A stretch of DNA of 64,000 nucleotides from Epithemia pelagica (taxonomy: Eukaryota; Protista; Bacillariophyta), in assembly GCA_946965045.2 (NCBI GenBank), contig OX337228.1:1426001-1490000 (forward strand), in the 5' to 3' direction. Made by a program: the position numbers and the translations under genes. The notes beneath the pieces were generated by a model. That model did not search any database. It was not told the origin of the DNA and was given only the letters and a program-made list of their open reading frames with translations. Positions within the stretch are counted from its first letter, which is position 1. Each line of letters starts with the position of its first letter. This document shows positions 32,779-45,998 of this stretch, in pieces.

Positions 32779-34023
32779 ATGATTGACCGGTTCCCATTCG
32801 TGGGGCAAGGCCTCCCCCCACCACTCACCAACAGTCATGCGCATCTCACGCACACTGACAAACACCACAGGAAAAGAACCACCATGGCACAGCAGCAACC
32901 GGTCGCCGCGGCAGGGTTCAAACGAAGTCGTGCCTTATGGGACAAGGCCTTGCGCGTATCACATCCCACATGGACCTTGGCCGTTCGTAGTTATTTGCAA
33001 GCCGTATTGTACGAAGTACAACCCCTTCGATGGTCGCAATGGACTCGCGATGTCGGCCGACCCCTCCAACGCCAAGTGGCACAGTTGGGACAGTCCCTGT
33101 CGTATCATGTAGGCAAGGAGGAGGGACGTGAGCAGATTCGTCAAGCGTGTCGTCGTGTCGGGGACTTTGTCGGGAGCATTTCGCGTCGTCACTGGATGTA
33201 CTTGGGTGGTGCGGCCGTGTATTACAGTCTCGTGCGATGGATTCATGGGCAGTGGGAATTGGGACCGGTCGTGCTCATGACAAGTGCCTTGATTGCCATT
33301 TTTACCATTGGATTGGACGACGACAACAATCGAGATGGAGTGTCGGCCTATGCCGTGTTCAATCGAGGATTTCAACGATTGTTGGGCTCTGTCAATGAAC
33401 AAGACTTGTTGGCCCAACATGTTGGCGGTGGTGGCATGATGATGAATCTCATGGCGGCGGGTCGTGGCAATGACCAAGAGATTCCCGACTGGAATCCTGC
33501 ACAAGAAGAAGAAGAAGAAGAAGAAGAAGAAGAAGAAGAGGATTCCGACCAGGAGAATGTTCCGCGACCGGGGTTGCGTCGTCGTCGTCCTCGACCCGCA
33601 CCACGGCAAGAAAACGACGAACCGGAGCATGGCCCAGGAGGAGAACAAGCGAATAGACCACCACCACAACAACAACAACCACCACCGGTTCGTCGTCGTG
33701 GCAAAAAGGGACGTCGCCGTGCCAATTTGGAACAACGTCAAGAATTGCGACGACAACGCGATGCCGCACGAGCCATGGGATTTCAAGAACCACCACAACA
33801 AGCCGACCAACAACAAGCCGACCAACAGGACTGGGAGGAGTGGCAGTTGGTCAATCAAGCCGCGCTCGAGCAATTGCACCCGGCGGCGCACGAATTGGAA
33901 CAATGGCGCGAACAAGAAGAAGAAGAAGACGACGAACAGGAAGGCATGGGAGAAATGGAACTGAATGATGCGGACGAACCAACAGAAGAAGAAGAAGTTG
34001 GCGTGGAGGATGTCAATCCATAG
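32779..34023 (+). CDS. SAYSD1: SAYSvFN-domain protein (SAYSD1-like) with acidic/Gln-rich C-terminus; probable start at 32884
   Basis: Hydrophobic hairpin followed by GVSAYAVFNRGFQRLLGSVNEQDL. Confidence 0.8.
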   Translation: MIDRFPFVGQGLPPPLTNSHAHLTHTDKHHRKRTTMAQQQPVAAAGFKRSRALWDKALRVSHPTWTLAVRSYLQAVLYEVQPLRWSQWTRDVGRPLQRQVAQLGQSLSYHVGKEEGREQIRQACRRVGDFVGSISRRHWMYLGGAAVYYSLVRWIHGQWELGPVVLMTSALIAIFTIGLDDDNNRDGVSAYAVFNRGFQRLLGSVNEQDLLAQHVGGGGMMMNLMAAGRGNDQEIPDWNPAQEEEEEEEEEEEEDSDQENVPRPGLRRRRPRPAPRQENDEPEHGPGGEQANRPPPQQQQPPPVRRRGKKGRRRANLEQRQELRRQRDAARAMGFQEPPQQADQQQADQQDWEEWQLVNQAALEQLHPAAHELEQWREQEEEEDDEQEGMGEMELNDADEPTEEEEVGVEDVNP

Positions 34024-34304
34024 GAGGGAACCCCAGCCACAACAGCAGCAGCAAGAATACAGGACCCCTGGCTCGCTTCCAACAAACAAAAGCTATCATT
34101 GGCATGAAAGATTCTCCGCCTTCTACCTAGTATGAGTGTTGGTTCAGTAGTAACGAATCTAGAAACAGTGTGTTATTGTTTTACTCTATGTGTATATAAC
34201 GTTGGAAGGTGCCACACACACATTCCTCTCTTTTGGTTGTATCGGTCAGCTGGGTTTGAAGTTTGAAAGAGAAGTGTGCGCGTACCGAACTGTCGTCCTC
34301 CTCC

Positions 34305-36039
34305 TCATGGATGCGGAGCCGGTGGGTGATATGGGTGGTGTGCTACCGAACGAGGAGTACTAGTATGTGGAACCACGGCACGGGTCGACGGTTGTTGCCA
34401 ATCGACTCGGGACATGGATCCACACACGGGACATAGAATAATGGGAATGTTGGGACAATGTTCAAATTGCAACAATTGTCCACAGACCATACAATCCAAA
34501 ACAATCTTGGGTTGTTGTTGCTGCTGCTGTTGCTGCTGCTCGTGTTGTTGATTGATCGGAGCAGCACGACCATCCTGCCCATTTTGGTGAGGGAGATGGT
34601 TCGGATTAGCGGGTGCGTTGCTCGTCGAATGGGGGTGATGAATGGTTCTGGATGGTGACTGCACCCGGGCAGGATCATGCGAATCATTATTCGAACCATG
34701 AGCCATGGTGGAGGAGGAGAAGATGGCGGGATCGGATGCCGAAAGCATGGAGAGCGAACACGTGTTGGATGCTGGAAGGCCTTGCGATGGTGGGAGTGCG
34801 GATGGTTCTGGATGTTGTTGTTGGAGCAATCGCACCCAATGGTCGGTATCGTCGTCCTCCTCCTCCTTCCGTGCAGGGTGGGCCATGGCGGCTGGTGGTT
34901 TCGAATCCTCCTCTTGCTCGGCTGCGGCGGCGGTGGTGGTGGTTCGGTTTGGCGGGTGGTGGGAGGACGACACTGGTTCTGCTGCTTGTGGTTGTTGTTG
35001 TTGTTGTGCCAATCGCCATGCCGTGGCTTGATCTTGTTGTTCCTGTTCTTTTTGCGTCTTGTTGTGCCATTGAATGTGATCCCAAATCTCTTGTTGTTGT
35101 TGTTGCAACAATCCCCAAAAAGAGGCCGAGGCTGCGGCTGCTTCTTCTTGTTGTGGTTGTGGTTGTGAGGCATGAGGGGATGGAGCCGTAACAGGAGTGG
35201 GCCCATGAGGGACAAAGAAGGAGGACGAGGTGGACGAGTCCATGGGTGCGGCTTCGGCGGATGCAGCAACAGAGGCAGCAGCGGCGGCGGCCAATCGAGG
35301 ACGGCTCTTCTTCTTTGTGGTGCTCACACGAGGACGAGCCGGCAATTTTCGGTCTTGTTCTTCTTGTTGTTGTTCCAAAACGAGGGAGAATCCTCGCGAC
35401 AACAATTCCATGAATGGTTCTTCGGGGGGCGGCGAATGGAGGATGGAGCTAGTTTCCTGATGGTGGTGGTGGTAAGAGGGATTCTTGGCCTCGTGGTGGT
35501 GGCTCGTCTTGTTGTCGTCGTCGTCGTCTTCGGTCATCATGGGCGTGGGACCACGATCCTGGTGTTGTGGTTCGGCTAGTTTGACGTCTTGCGGCGATTC
35601 TTCTTGTTGTTCCCGGGAATCTTCGGTTTTGCGTCGTTTGAGACTGGGAAACTCCATGCTGGTCGTGGTCGTTGTAGTAGCAGTGGGTTCCGCGTGATCG
35701 CCCAATCGACTGCTCGTACTACTACTACTAGTAGTAGTACTGCCAGAGTGCTGGCTGGTACCACCACCACTGCTGTTGCTGTGGCTGCTATGGATGGAAA
35801 GATCCATACGGTTGTGATTCCGGTTCTTCTTGTTCTTGTTCTTGTTCTTGTTCTTGTTCACGTGTGGTGATGCCGATGCGGTGGATCCCGCCGTTGTAAT
35901 AGCAATACTATCGGTCGAGGAGGAGGATGGGGGTGGTGCTTTTTTTCGTTCTTGTGGTGGGTGCATTGGTTGGTCTTGTCGTCGTCCTTGTCCTTGCTGT
36001 GCTGGTTGTTGGTGTGGTGGTCGTGCCAAACGCAATGGC

Positions 36040-36080
<41 letters not shown>

Positions 36081-36875
36081 AGGTGAGGAACGGTTGTTGT
36101 CACGAGGAGGAGTCGTCTTCGTCTTTTGGCGGGGTGGTGGTGGTGGTTTTCGTTGGCGGGGTGGTTTCGGTTGCGGCTGCTGCTGTTGTTGTGGTTGTGG
36201 GATTCGCATGTATCTTTCAATGTGCCACACATCCATGGCATCGGTCAAGAGACAGGGATGGCGATGATAGGGACGGCGACGAGGACGAGACTGGCGACTT
36301 GGTTCTGGTTGTTCGTGTTGTTCTTGTTGTTGCAGACACTGTGCTCGCCGAAACCAAAGTTGCCATTGATCAAAGGCCGTGGGTGATGGGGTACTTGTCG
36401 TCGTGGGGGCGGCCGAACCACTCGAAATGGAAATGGAAGCCGCCGAGGAAGTACACGACAAGGAGGAACCGCCCGATCCCGCCAAGAGCGTGGTGGAGGA
36501 GGAGGCCGACGACGACGACGAAGAGGAGAAGACCGTACTGTTGCTCGTCGTGACCGTCTTGCGGGACGAGGAGGATACCCAGTCGCTTCCACCACTATCA
36601 TCATTGTCCGGATGATTCACGTCTTGTTGTGGAGGAGGCTTGTTGTTACTACACCAATTCATGTTTGTTCGACCAGAAGAATGAGGATGAGTGGGTGTCG
36701 AGGAGGATGGTCTGGTTGTGGTTGTGCCGAGGGACGACGAATCCAAGTGAAACAACATGCTCTTGTTGTTGTTGTTCTTGTTCATGTTGTTCTTGTGGTG
36801 TAATGGTTGTTGTGGTGTCGTGTGTACATGTGGGTGTTGGTGCTGCGACAAATCCATGATTGAAACAGCACTCAT
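34305..36875 (-). CDS. Low-complexity Q/S/T/N-rich protein with C-terminal CxxC-x12-CxxC zinc ribbon
   Basis: 856-aa ORF; homopolymeric tracts; CMVCGQLLQFEHCPNIPIILCPVCGS. Confidence 0.7.
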
Positions 36876-37933
36876 TGTGTGGATTTGTTGTTCGTGTTGG
36901 TTGGTTGGTTGCTTGATTGGGGCCTCTCTCTAGTATAAATCTGAGAATGACACACGTCTTGATTCAACCTCCACACACATGTACCAAGCGATCAATATTC
37001 TAGAGACCACACTCCCAATGGACCACCACACGGTCCACAAAGGAGCAACAGCAAGTACTAGGTATAGAAGAAACGAAGGGCGTGGAGGCGGTGGAGTTAT
37101 CGTCGTAGATCCGCCTCCTCTCCACCGAATCATCCAGGGATCATACTTTTTCTTTGGTAGCGTGTGAGTCGATGGACGCTCTCTGGCAAGGATGGGAGAG
37201 AAGGGCAGAGAGGAGGCGGGTATTCAGGACCTTGATTCGTATGTACGAGCATCATCTGTGTTTCGGTGTGCTTGTTCCCTCTCTCGTTTCGTTTTTGCGT
37301 GAGAGCAAAAAGTCTGGGTCACAATTCGGCCTCAGGGATATTCTTACCGATACAATAGCCCCTGGGTATGGCAAGGATCGCCCCTTCAACAAGCCCTACA
37401 CTCTTTTTCAAACCCCACCAAGATGAAGGATTACGCAGAACCCACGAAACTGCTTGCGTAATGAGGATTGTACGCTCGGTATTCCTTGTGGGGAACCAGG
37501 GGCTATTGTATCAAGGTTTCATTCTCATTCCCATGGGCAGTATTGGAAGAGCCAACACGATTTCATCGAACCATGAACACGCCCAATGCAAAAAAGCGTT
37601 GTTCGATCCGAGATGACTGGCAATGATGACTGCGTGTCGTTCTTCCTTACGAGCTCGTCTACGAGAAAAAACAATAAATAATCGGATTCGGAAGTCATTG
37701 AGATTTATGTGAAAATCATCGGAAGGTGCAACCAGGACTCAACCATGAACCACAAGTCGATTGGATCCTGTGTGGTCCCGCCGTGCTCCACACACAAAAA
37801 GTCACAACACAAAGGAACGATCCTACAACAAGAGTGACTCAAACGCGTTCCACAGTGTGTTGTTTGCGCCGTGGTTCTTTGACACTGGACCTGTAGTCAC
37901 ACGACACGAGTCGTCTCCGGTCGACGACAAGCG

Positions 37934-38402
37934 CCTCCTCCTCCTCCTCCTCCTCCTTCTCCTATTGTTCCTCACTGCATTCATCAAAACAGTGACACAA
38001 CACACAACAACAACTCCCACAGCGCGCGCAAGAGCAAAAGAGTCATTCTCCTTTTCTTCTGGATGACACACGTCGACTGGATTGGAGGATGATCCCGTGA
38101 CGATAACGACGACGACGACGACGACGCGCTTTTGTGGCGGATCAAACCCTGTTCGTTGTGCCACACACGAACAACTCTTGTGTCCACAACACAACTCACG
38201 CATCACATTATTTGATACAGTGTCCTCCTCCCTCCCTCTCTCCAAAGAAACGCGTGAGATGGCATGCAGGATACGACAGACGCCCCGTGGACACAAACGT
38301 CAACCGTCGAAACACTTGTTCTCTGGACTGGATTCATTGGAGCCCCACCGTCTTACCCCGTTTTTCTCAGTTGTCCTCTCTCTCTCTCTCTCTCTCTCTC
38401 TC
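37934..38402. repeat. Microsatellite cluster (CCT)n, (GAC)n, (CT)13
   Basis: (CCT)~7 at ~37934, (GAC)~6 at ~38108, (CT)13 at 38376-38401. Confidence 0.9.
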
Positions 38403-39246
38403 AGTGTACTCGTGCTGTGGTGGTCCCGTCGTCGTAGTATATATACCTTTGCAGGCGCTCACGGTTTGCACCCCGCTGCATCGAAAAAGTGGTACTCGGG
38501 GCTTGGGGGAGATGAATGACGGGGGTGTTGTGTTGTGCTGCGTTCGAGTTTCCAGCTCTCCAGCACCGGATCCACGGCGAGAGAACCTTCGCAATGGCAG
38601 TGTTGTGTGCTGTACAAATACACGAGATCTACTTCTAGTTTCGTGATTGGAAATTCGCATCGTTTGCTTTCTCAACATTATAGTGGCCGTGTGGTCGAGA
38701 AACTTGAGACTAGAGGTAGTAGACAATGGATGCCTGATTCGTAGGAGTCCCAGCGTTTGACTCTAGAGTAGACTCCTCATAAACTACCTTCTCCTCTTGA
38801 TAGTTCGAGCTACTCATCCTTAGCTACTACTCCTAGAGAGGAGAGATAGAGGTAGACTTCTAGCTAGAGAGAGCTCTAGCTAGGAGTAGTTGAAGAAGAG
38901 GTAGGGGGACACGTGTGGTGTGCGTCGAACCCAACGGTCTCGATACGGGATCTGTCTGCCCCGCGCACCGCCTCATTGCCATTCTGCCACACGACCACCA
39001 GCCTCTCTCATTGTTCTCATGTCATCAGCTTTCTCAAGAGGTGCTGATTGAAAGCAACAACGCAGCCCTTGAACCTCTCTTATCTTAGCTTCTTGGAAGA
39101 AGCTCGGAAAATTGACGGCGGATCAGCAACCGTTCTTCGATTTTCGTGTTTGTTTCTTATTCTTCCTTCCTTCCTTTTGGTTGTCACACTTGTAGGTACC
39201 TCCGTAGTCTAACGTACACAAGTGCGGTATCCAATCTCCGTTCCAG

Positions 39247-42200
39247 ATGACGAGAACGAGAAAGGCGAAAGCAAAAAGGAAAAATGTCCTTAATACGAGT
39301 CGCCATCAATCGATGTGCTCAACGGCGGGAGGTGGTGTATCGGACGAACAGGCAGCTCGACAATGGGATCGAATTATTCGCTGTCGTTACTGTCAATCCA
39401 AAAATCTGAGCGAAAGTCAGATCCAATCACTGCTGAAGGAGGCTCCCCTTCATGAAGCTTCCTTATTGAGAATCGAGAAAGGAGATTGGCACAATCATTT
39501 GCTCCATTTTGCCCAGTTCCACGTCCAACGCTGCAATGGACCACAAAAACCTCGAATTCGTCGTCAAAGTTTTGAAGTTCTGAGAGTGCTGTTTGCCAAA
39601 TTGGATGAAGCACTGGAAATTCCGCGAGCATTGGCTCGACAGAAGCGCAGCATGGAGGAAACAACTGTGGTCCATGATACGCAGAAGAAGAAGAATGCAC
39701 CGAAGGATCCTACTTTTGCGCGGAATCTTACCAACCAGGATAGTACCTCCACTCAGGAAACGGGGCCTCACTCGAACAGTAGTAAACAAGTAGACACGGA
39801 ACGTTCAGGTGCGGGGAACCACCGCGGCTATGCTATAGCGGCAAAACCGGCAGCCAAGAATCCGATGGTTTCTAATGCGAGGACAACGGGTCCATCGGCA
39901 CTTGGCCGAGGAAGACATGCCACCTTGCCAGCATGGATGACAAGAGAATCCACTGTTGGTACTTCTGCTGCTGCGACAAGTGCTGGTGGTGATAGTACCC
40001 ATCACTTAACTGCAGGCTCCAACAATGCGACCAGCCAAGCTGCTCACAAATCCAAGCCCGATGCACCACAACTCTCTGAAGCGCAAAATCGCAAACGAAG
40101 ACGAGAGGAAGAGAACGCCACAGATGTTGACCATCCGACGAAACAGACTGCCTCGATGGGGTCTCATTCATTGCCGAACCATGAAGATACGTCGTCGAAT
40201 AGACAGCCATCGCGCGTTGCAAACAGAAAACAAGCACCAACATCTGCTTTGGACTGGTCACCTTTGCAGCCCACGAAGAAGAAGAAAGTTCAAGAAGAGA
40301 CTGCTCCTTTGCCAAGTGCTTCATATCCTCATGACATTGGAAAGCAGGGTGATCCTATCCCCAAGAAGAAACGACGGAACTCAAATCAACCGTCGACAGA
40401 CACTGCGGCATCGCAAAAGTCCACTGTTCATGAAATGAATGCTCCCAGAGAGATGATCACGAAGAAACCACCGACAGTGAACCAGCCGGCGACAACTGCA
40501 GTGGCATCCAGAAATCCCACAACCCCTTATCCGAACGCGCACAGCGATAAGATACCCCCCAAACGACCCAACGGAACCCTCTCGAATCAACCGGCGAACA
40601 GTGCAGATACGTTCAAGAGATCTGTTGACCAGGCGTCCAAAAGTGTGCCTCTTAGGTCAAATTGGGGAGGAAAAGTGTCTTCAAATACCTACAAGAAGAA
40701 GCCCGACAAAACGTCTGATGTGGATCCTTTAAAGGTTCACGGCAGAGACGCCCCGTCAGACTGGGGGGCCGCGCGGTCTAGCAACAGCCACACCAGAACG
40801 AGTGCTAGTGTTCCTGTCGCGGCAACTTGGGGAGCAAAAGGGTCCCCAGAGACAAACAAGAAAAAAACTGGCTCACGTTTTGATGTGGCTCCTTCAAATG
40901 TTCACGGTAGCAATGCTGCATCAGACATGCGGAACGCACGGTCTAACAGCAGTCACACCAAAACCAGTACGAGTGTGTCTGTGGGATCAACGCTTGGAGC
41001 AAAAGGATCCTCAAATGCAACCAAGAAAACAGCTGGTACACATGTTGATGTGGCGGCTTCAAAGGTCCACGGTAGCCACGCTCCATCAGACTTGCGAGAT
41101 GCGCGGTCGAACAGTAGTCACGCCAAAACAAGTACGACTGTGTATGTAGGATCATCGTTAGGAACAAAAGGGCCCTCGAATGCAAACAAGAAAACGGCTG
41201 ACGCATATCAGGCTGTTGCGGCCTCCAAAGCGCACGTTGGCAGCTCATGCAATACGGTAGGTGTTGCATCCGCCGGGTCTTCCGACCAGGTTTCAAGCCT
41301 TCCATCGTCTAGCACAGTCACCAGACAACCGCCCAAGTACACACAATATTCCAGTTTGGTTCGTAAAGGGACTGCAGGGCCGGTGACAACTTCTTCTGCG
41401 GTAAGAAGTGACGGCAGGCAGCATGAATCGTCGACACGACGTAGCGACATTATCTCCCAAGCAAAGCACTGGGCGACGGAATACACCAAAAGTGCTCCAT
41501 CGGCAGCAAGGGCTGGAAGGAGCAATTCCACTGTAGCACCATTGTCGATGGGGTTGCGGGATATTGAGCCTTCGCAGTTGAATTCGGTACAAGGGGACAT
41601 GTCGAAGGGAATGTCGCAAGGCAGTGCAAGGACGTCGTCTGTCTCAAAGTTTACTCGAAACTCGGACAAGCTTCGTACAAAGACCCAGCATCAGAGAATA
41701 CTTGAAAACTATAATGATTTGAGGCAGGGCAAAGGGAAAGTGCATGTCCATGTTATAAGCGATGACTTGAAGAATCCATACGCTGCGTATGTTGCTTCCA
41801 ACAGACCGGCAGGGAGAAATGCGATGACTGTTGACATTAACCAACGAGCTTTGTCATTCAATGAGTTTCACGACACGATTTTGCGATTGTACAATTGGGA
41901 ACCGCAATGGCAGATTGATTGGGTTGCTCAAGTATCTGCCACGAGCAAGGTTGACGACACACGTGATAAGGCGACTACTTCAGCAGCACAATTGCGTGTG
42001 TCATTAGATGACCCGACTTGGTGCAACAGAGGAAAGGAGGCTTACCCGAAGGTCAATAGTGCGACGTGGGGAAACAGTGAAAAGACGCATATTCAAGCAA
42101 ACGAACATCGTTTGGTATTGATTGCAATTCCCTTAACTCCAAACAAAAAGAAGCGCGCTGACACTCATCTTTGGCCAAAAGGAACCTTCGTACAGATAAC

Positions 42201-43112
42201 AGCTGGGTACCGTGGACGGGCAACGCCAATCAGGATTGTTCAACGGAAACAGCAGAGCCACGATCTTAAGGAATGGAAAGGGTACGTGTGTCTTGCATTT
42301 GTGTCTTGCATTTTACCTTGCTTTATTCGAAACTCATCATAATTTTCCTCTTCGTCTTAGAATAAGCCGCATATTGGATTGTACACCATACATTGCTAAT
42401 CCTCAGGACTCTTTTGAGATCAACGTTGTGACGCATGACGAAGATCCTTATGCTTTTGTCCTCGCGATTTGCTGTTTGCAGTCCCCTGAAATGCTGTATT
42501 CGAGTCTAACTGCTGTCACAAGCCCAGATGCTATAATGAGACTCCCTAAGGAGGAGGGCAAGAAGAAAGCCATTGCCCTTTCTTCATCTTCGATCGTCAT
42601 CGTGGAAGGCGATGAGGAGATTGGAGCAGATCACCAAGTGGGAAAAATTATCTTTTCCCTTAAAGATTCAACGACAAAGCAGCTACAGACAAATCCCGTT
42701 AGGGGCAAAAATTGCACTCATATTCAAGTAAGTTCTTGTTGGAATCCACCTTTTTGTTGTCTACTTTTGCACTTAACTCCATTTTTCCATCAAGTGCTTT
42801 GACTTGAAGTCATACCTTGCTGCAAATGACTTCCCTAGTGGTCAGAGGTGGAGGTGTCGAGTTTGCGAAAAGTTTGTTTCGCCCATGGACCTTCAGATTT
42901 GTCAATTTACAGCTTCTCTCCTGGTGGACCTTGAGTCGAAGAACGATAAAACGCTTGCCCGGGTTGAGTTCCGATCCAATGGCACGTATGATATTCTTCC
43001 GGAACGACAGCCCAAGAAGAGGAGCAAACAGAAGGTCGTTGCGTCGACCGTGGCAAAGCCAACATCTGGTAACGCTCAAGTTGTGGACGCAGACGTAATC
43101 GAAATCTTGTGA
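39247..43112 (+). CDS. SP-RING (zf-MIZ) PIAS/Siz-like SUMO E3 ligase candidate, 3 exons
   Basis: C-terminal FSLKDSTT..PVRGKNCTHIQ|CFDLKSY..WRCRVC; upstream HLWPKG..QRKQQSHD..WKG|ISRILD; inferred introns 42282-42360 and 42728-42794; long disordered middle. Confidence 0.8.
40735..41229 (+). repeat. Three 165-bp (55-aa) in-frame coding repeats within the SP-RING gene
   Basis: VHG..APSD...ARS.SSH.KTS.SV.VG..LG.KG...KK units starting at 40735, 40900 and 41065. Confidence 0.85.
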
Positions 43113-43503
43113 TGGAGTGTGATGTTAGTGAGCGAAGGAAACACCTCTCCATCGTACCGCGGACCATCCATTTTTGTTTAGCCGTTCATGCGTCGAACTA
43201 GGAAGGATTGGATTCTCCCTAGTTCTGCACTCAGCAACAAACAGAAAGAGTCACACAAAGACCAATGGTGTGTAAAGAGTGCCGTAACAATACATTTTGG
43301 TCTATACATTAGTTTCGGTTGCTTTTCCACGCTTCTCAGCTGACATTGGTTGTCGTATGGCATTTTCCCATACCACTTGCTAGTGTTTTGCTTTCTCCCG
43401 CGTGGGTTTGTGTCCATGAAATAAACTCACGACAAAACAATTCGGTGAATATCCCGAACATCACAGAGAGAGATGATGAATCGTATTTTATTCCGAAAAT
43501 GTC

Positions 43504-45998
43504 TCACACCGCTGCTCCCCATCCTACCATGATTAGAATGGAAAGGACACTCATGGTCAAGACGGCGGCGGTACCGCTAGGAACCTTGGATGCACTGCTG
43601 GTCGTTGAAAATTGTCGGTCATTCCATGGTCCATCACAAGGATTCACCGCTTGAATCGACCCCAAGTTTAAGCAGGCTAATTCCATGGTAATGGTGAACG
43701 CTTCTCCCATGGCCTGTCCGGTAGTTACAGGGCCATCGGGAACTGGTGGCGATCCCGGAGTCCAAATCAAATTCTTGGCCAGGACCTCGGCCAAAGATTT
43801 GGATGAGCTTTGTGCGGCAAATATTGGAATAATGGACAAGGCCAAACCTTCGGCCTGGGCCAAATCACCCGATGTCGACAAGGGTGCTAAACGAGAGTTC
43901 TTGTCCCCCAAAAAGATGCAACCCTGTGCAATACCAACCATGGCGTATTTCACAATTTCTTCAGTCGTTCCCTCGAGACGACTGCAGGACAAGGCATCGA
44001 ATTCTCCGCGGGCGGCATAGAGCAAGTCGGCAATATTACTGACCCCATCCGCGTATTGATTGTCCGCGTTTCTGGTTCCAAATTGAAAGGCATGTCGATT
44101 CAAGACGTTGTACACCAATTGACCATCTTGTAAATCGCCGGATCCACCCAGTTTATTTCCTTCCATGGACCCAATGAGCAAGGCTGCTGTTTCATCAATG
44201 GGATCCAGCTTATAGGTCGGCGGTTTGTCGTCATCGGCATCTCGACAATCGCGGACCGCAATTTTCAATTTTGCCACGGCCTCCAACAACAAGACTTGAT
44301 AGGCGGCCGTTGTGGAAACAATGGCCACCACTTGGTCCGTGGATTTCCACTTGCTATCGGGTCCCCCCTGCAGAGCAGCTTGAATCACCTTGTCCGCATA
44401 GGCATTTTCTCCATTGTAGTCGACAAATTGGTCAAACCAAGGGTTGGCATTCTCCCGTTCGGTCGTCACGGCAATGTCATGCAACGAAACGTAATTCAAC
44501 GGATCCGTATTCCGATCCAAACCGTACTTGGCAATGTTGGCTCCGTGCATGTACACGTACATGGCAAACTGCCGCGCCTGCATTTCGACCAATATCTTGA
44601 TTTGGTAAATGTCCAGATCCGCCATACCCACCTGTCATGGTACAACAAGTTTGTGCCGGCGCATGTGCAAGAGCGGTGAGTCCAAGAACCAAGCTTCCGA
44701 AAACACACACACGAGTCCAGCTTAGATCCCACTGTTTTCAAACGTACCGCTCGTACCGGAGTTGTGGGGACATATCCGGCATAGGACAAGTACGATTCAA
44801 AGTTGTACTGACAAGCGTCAATCCCCGTGTCTCCCAAATCACCACAACTGTAGCCAAAGCACGACGTGGCTTCGGGAATGTCATCCAAAATGGTTTGAAC
44901 CCAACCACGGTCGTCTAGATTGATGGACGGTTGTTCAATCAAGCTGCCATAGAGACGCTTGTACAAACTGGGTCGACATTTGGACATTTGCGGCACCAAG
45001 GCGCGCGCATAGAGACGAACCAAATCGGTATTCCGGCTCTTGGTCAAGGCATGAACCAGCCCCTGAAAAAGAGGTTGGGACAATTCTCCCACTACTTCCA
45101 CCGCCAATTTCCACAATTCTCCTGCGGTATCCTTGTCCTCACCCAAATTGCAGGCTCCCTCCACATTGACTTTGGTCATGGCTTCATGATACAAAAGTTT
45201 GATTCGGGAGTTGACGCTGGCTTCGGGGTCACTGGTTCCCATGGCATCGCCCAATTCTTGTGCCCAGGTATACAAGGAATAACCATTGGCTTGTGCCAGG
45301 GTTTGACCACTGCCCACGTAGAGAGCCATGAATTGGTCCCAATTGGCCGTACCCACGTCAAAAATGGCGGCTTCTTGGGCCAAACTGTGCCGCTCACAAT
45401 TGTAAACACCCGTGAATAACAAGTGCGTCGCGTACATGTACAAATTGACGGACCAAATGGCTTGCAACACTGGGTCCTTCATGTTGTTGTTGCTGTCCGT
45501 AGGATCGTCTACCACGCTACTACCAACAGTGTTGCTGGCCTCATCCAAAGTTCGCAAGACAAAGTCATTGACATAGGACAGTTTGGTACCATCCAAGGCT
45601 GCATTAAAGTCCAATTGGAGTTCTCCATAGACATGATAGAGGAAGGAAGGTGTTCGAGGCGTGGCGGAGGCCATTTCTTCACCCAAGGAGGCGAGGGAAC
45701 GCAAGACACCGGGCGAACTTTCCGAATGCTTGCCCGTTTGGTACAACCCCTTGGCTTCCTCAAATTGACCCGAGCTCCAAAAATTCTTGATATCCATAAT
45801 GTCTTGAGAAAGATCCATGTAGGATTGTACATTGGTCTGTGTGACAATGCCAACTCCCAAATCAATCCCTGAAGCGGGTGGTGGGGTATCATTTCCCTGA
45901 ATGACCAGGACGACCATCGACCACACAAGGAGGGCCACCCAAACAGACCCCTGCGACCACCATTGGTTGGTATTCTGGAACGCCAGTATCCTTGTCAT
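43504..45998 (-). CDS. FEA1/ISIP2 (low-iron-inducible, phytotransferrin-family)-like protein with two repeats, signal peptide and C-terminal membrane anchor; 2 exons
   Basis: Repeat cores (MDLSQD..AKGLYQTGKHS..LRSLASL; WDQFMALYVGS) and (ADLD..YVYMHG; IDETAALLIGSMEG); intron 44632-44747 joins the two ORFs in frame; hydrophobic C-terminus. Confidence 0.7.

Noticed and set aside
32959-36604. Long ORFs with poly-F/L/C/V/A/K runs
   Set aside because: Shadow frames of trinucleotide-repeat coding tracts in the SAYSD1-like and Q-rich genes
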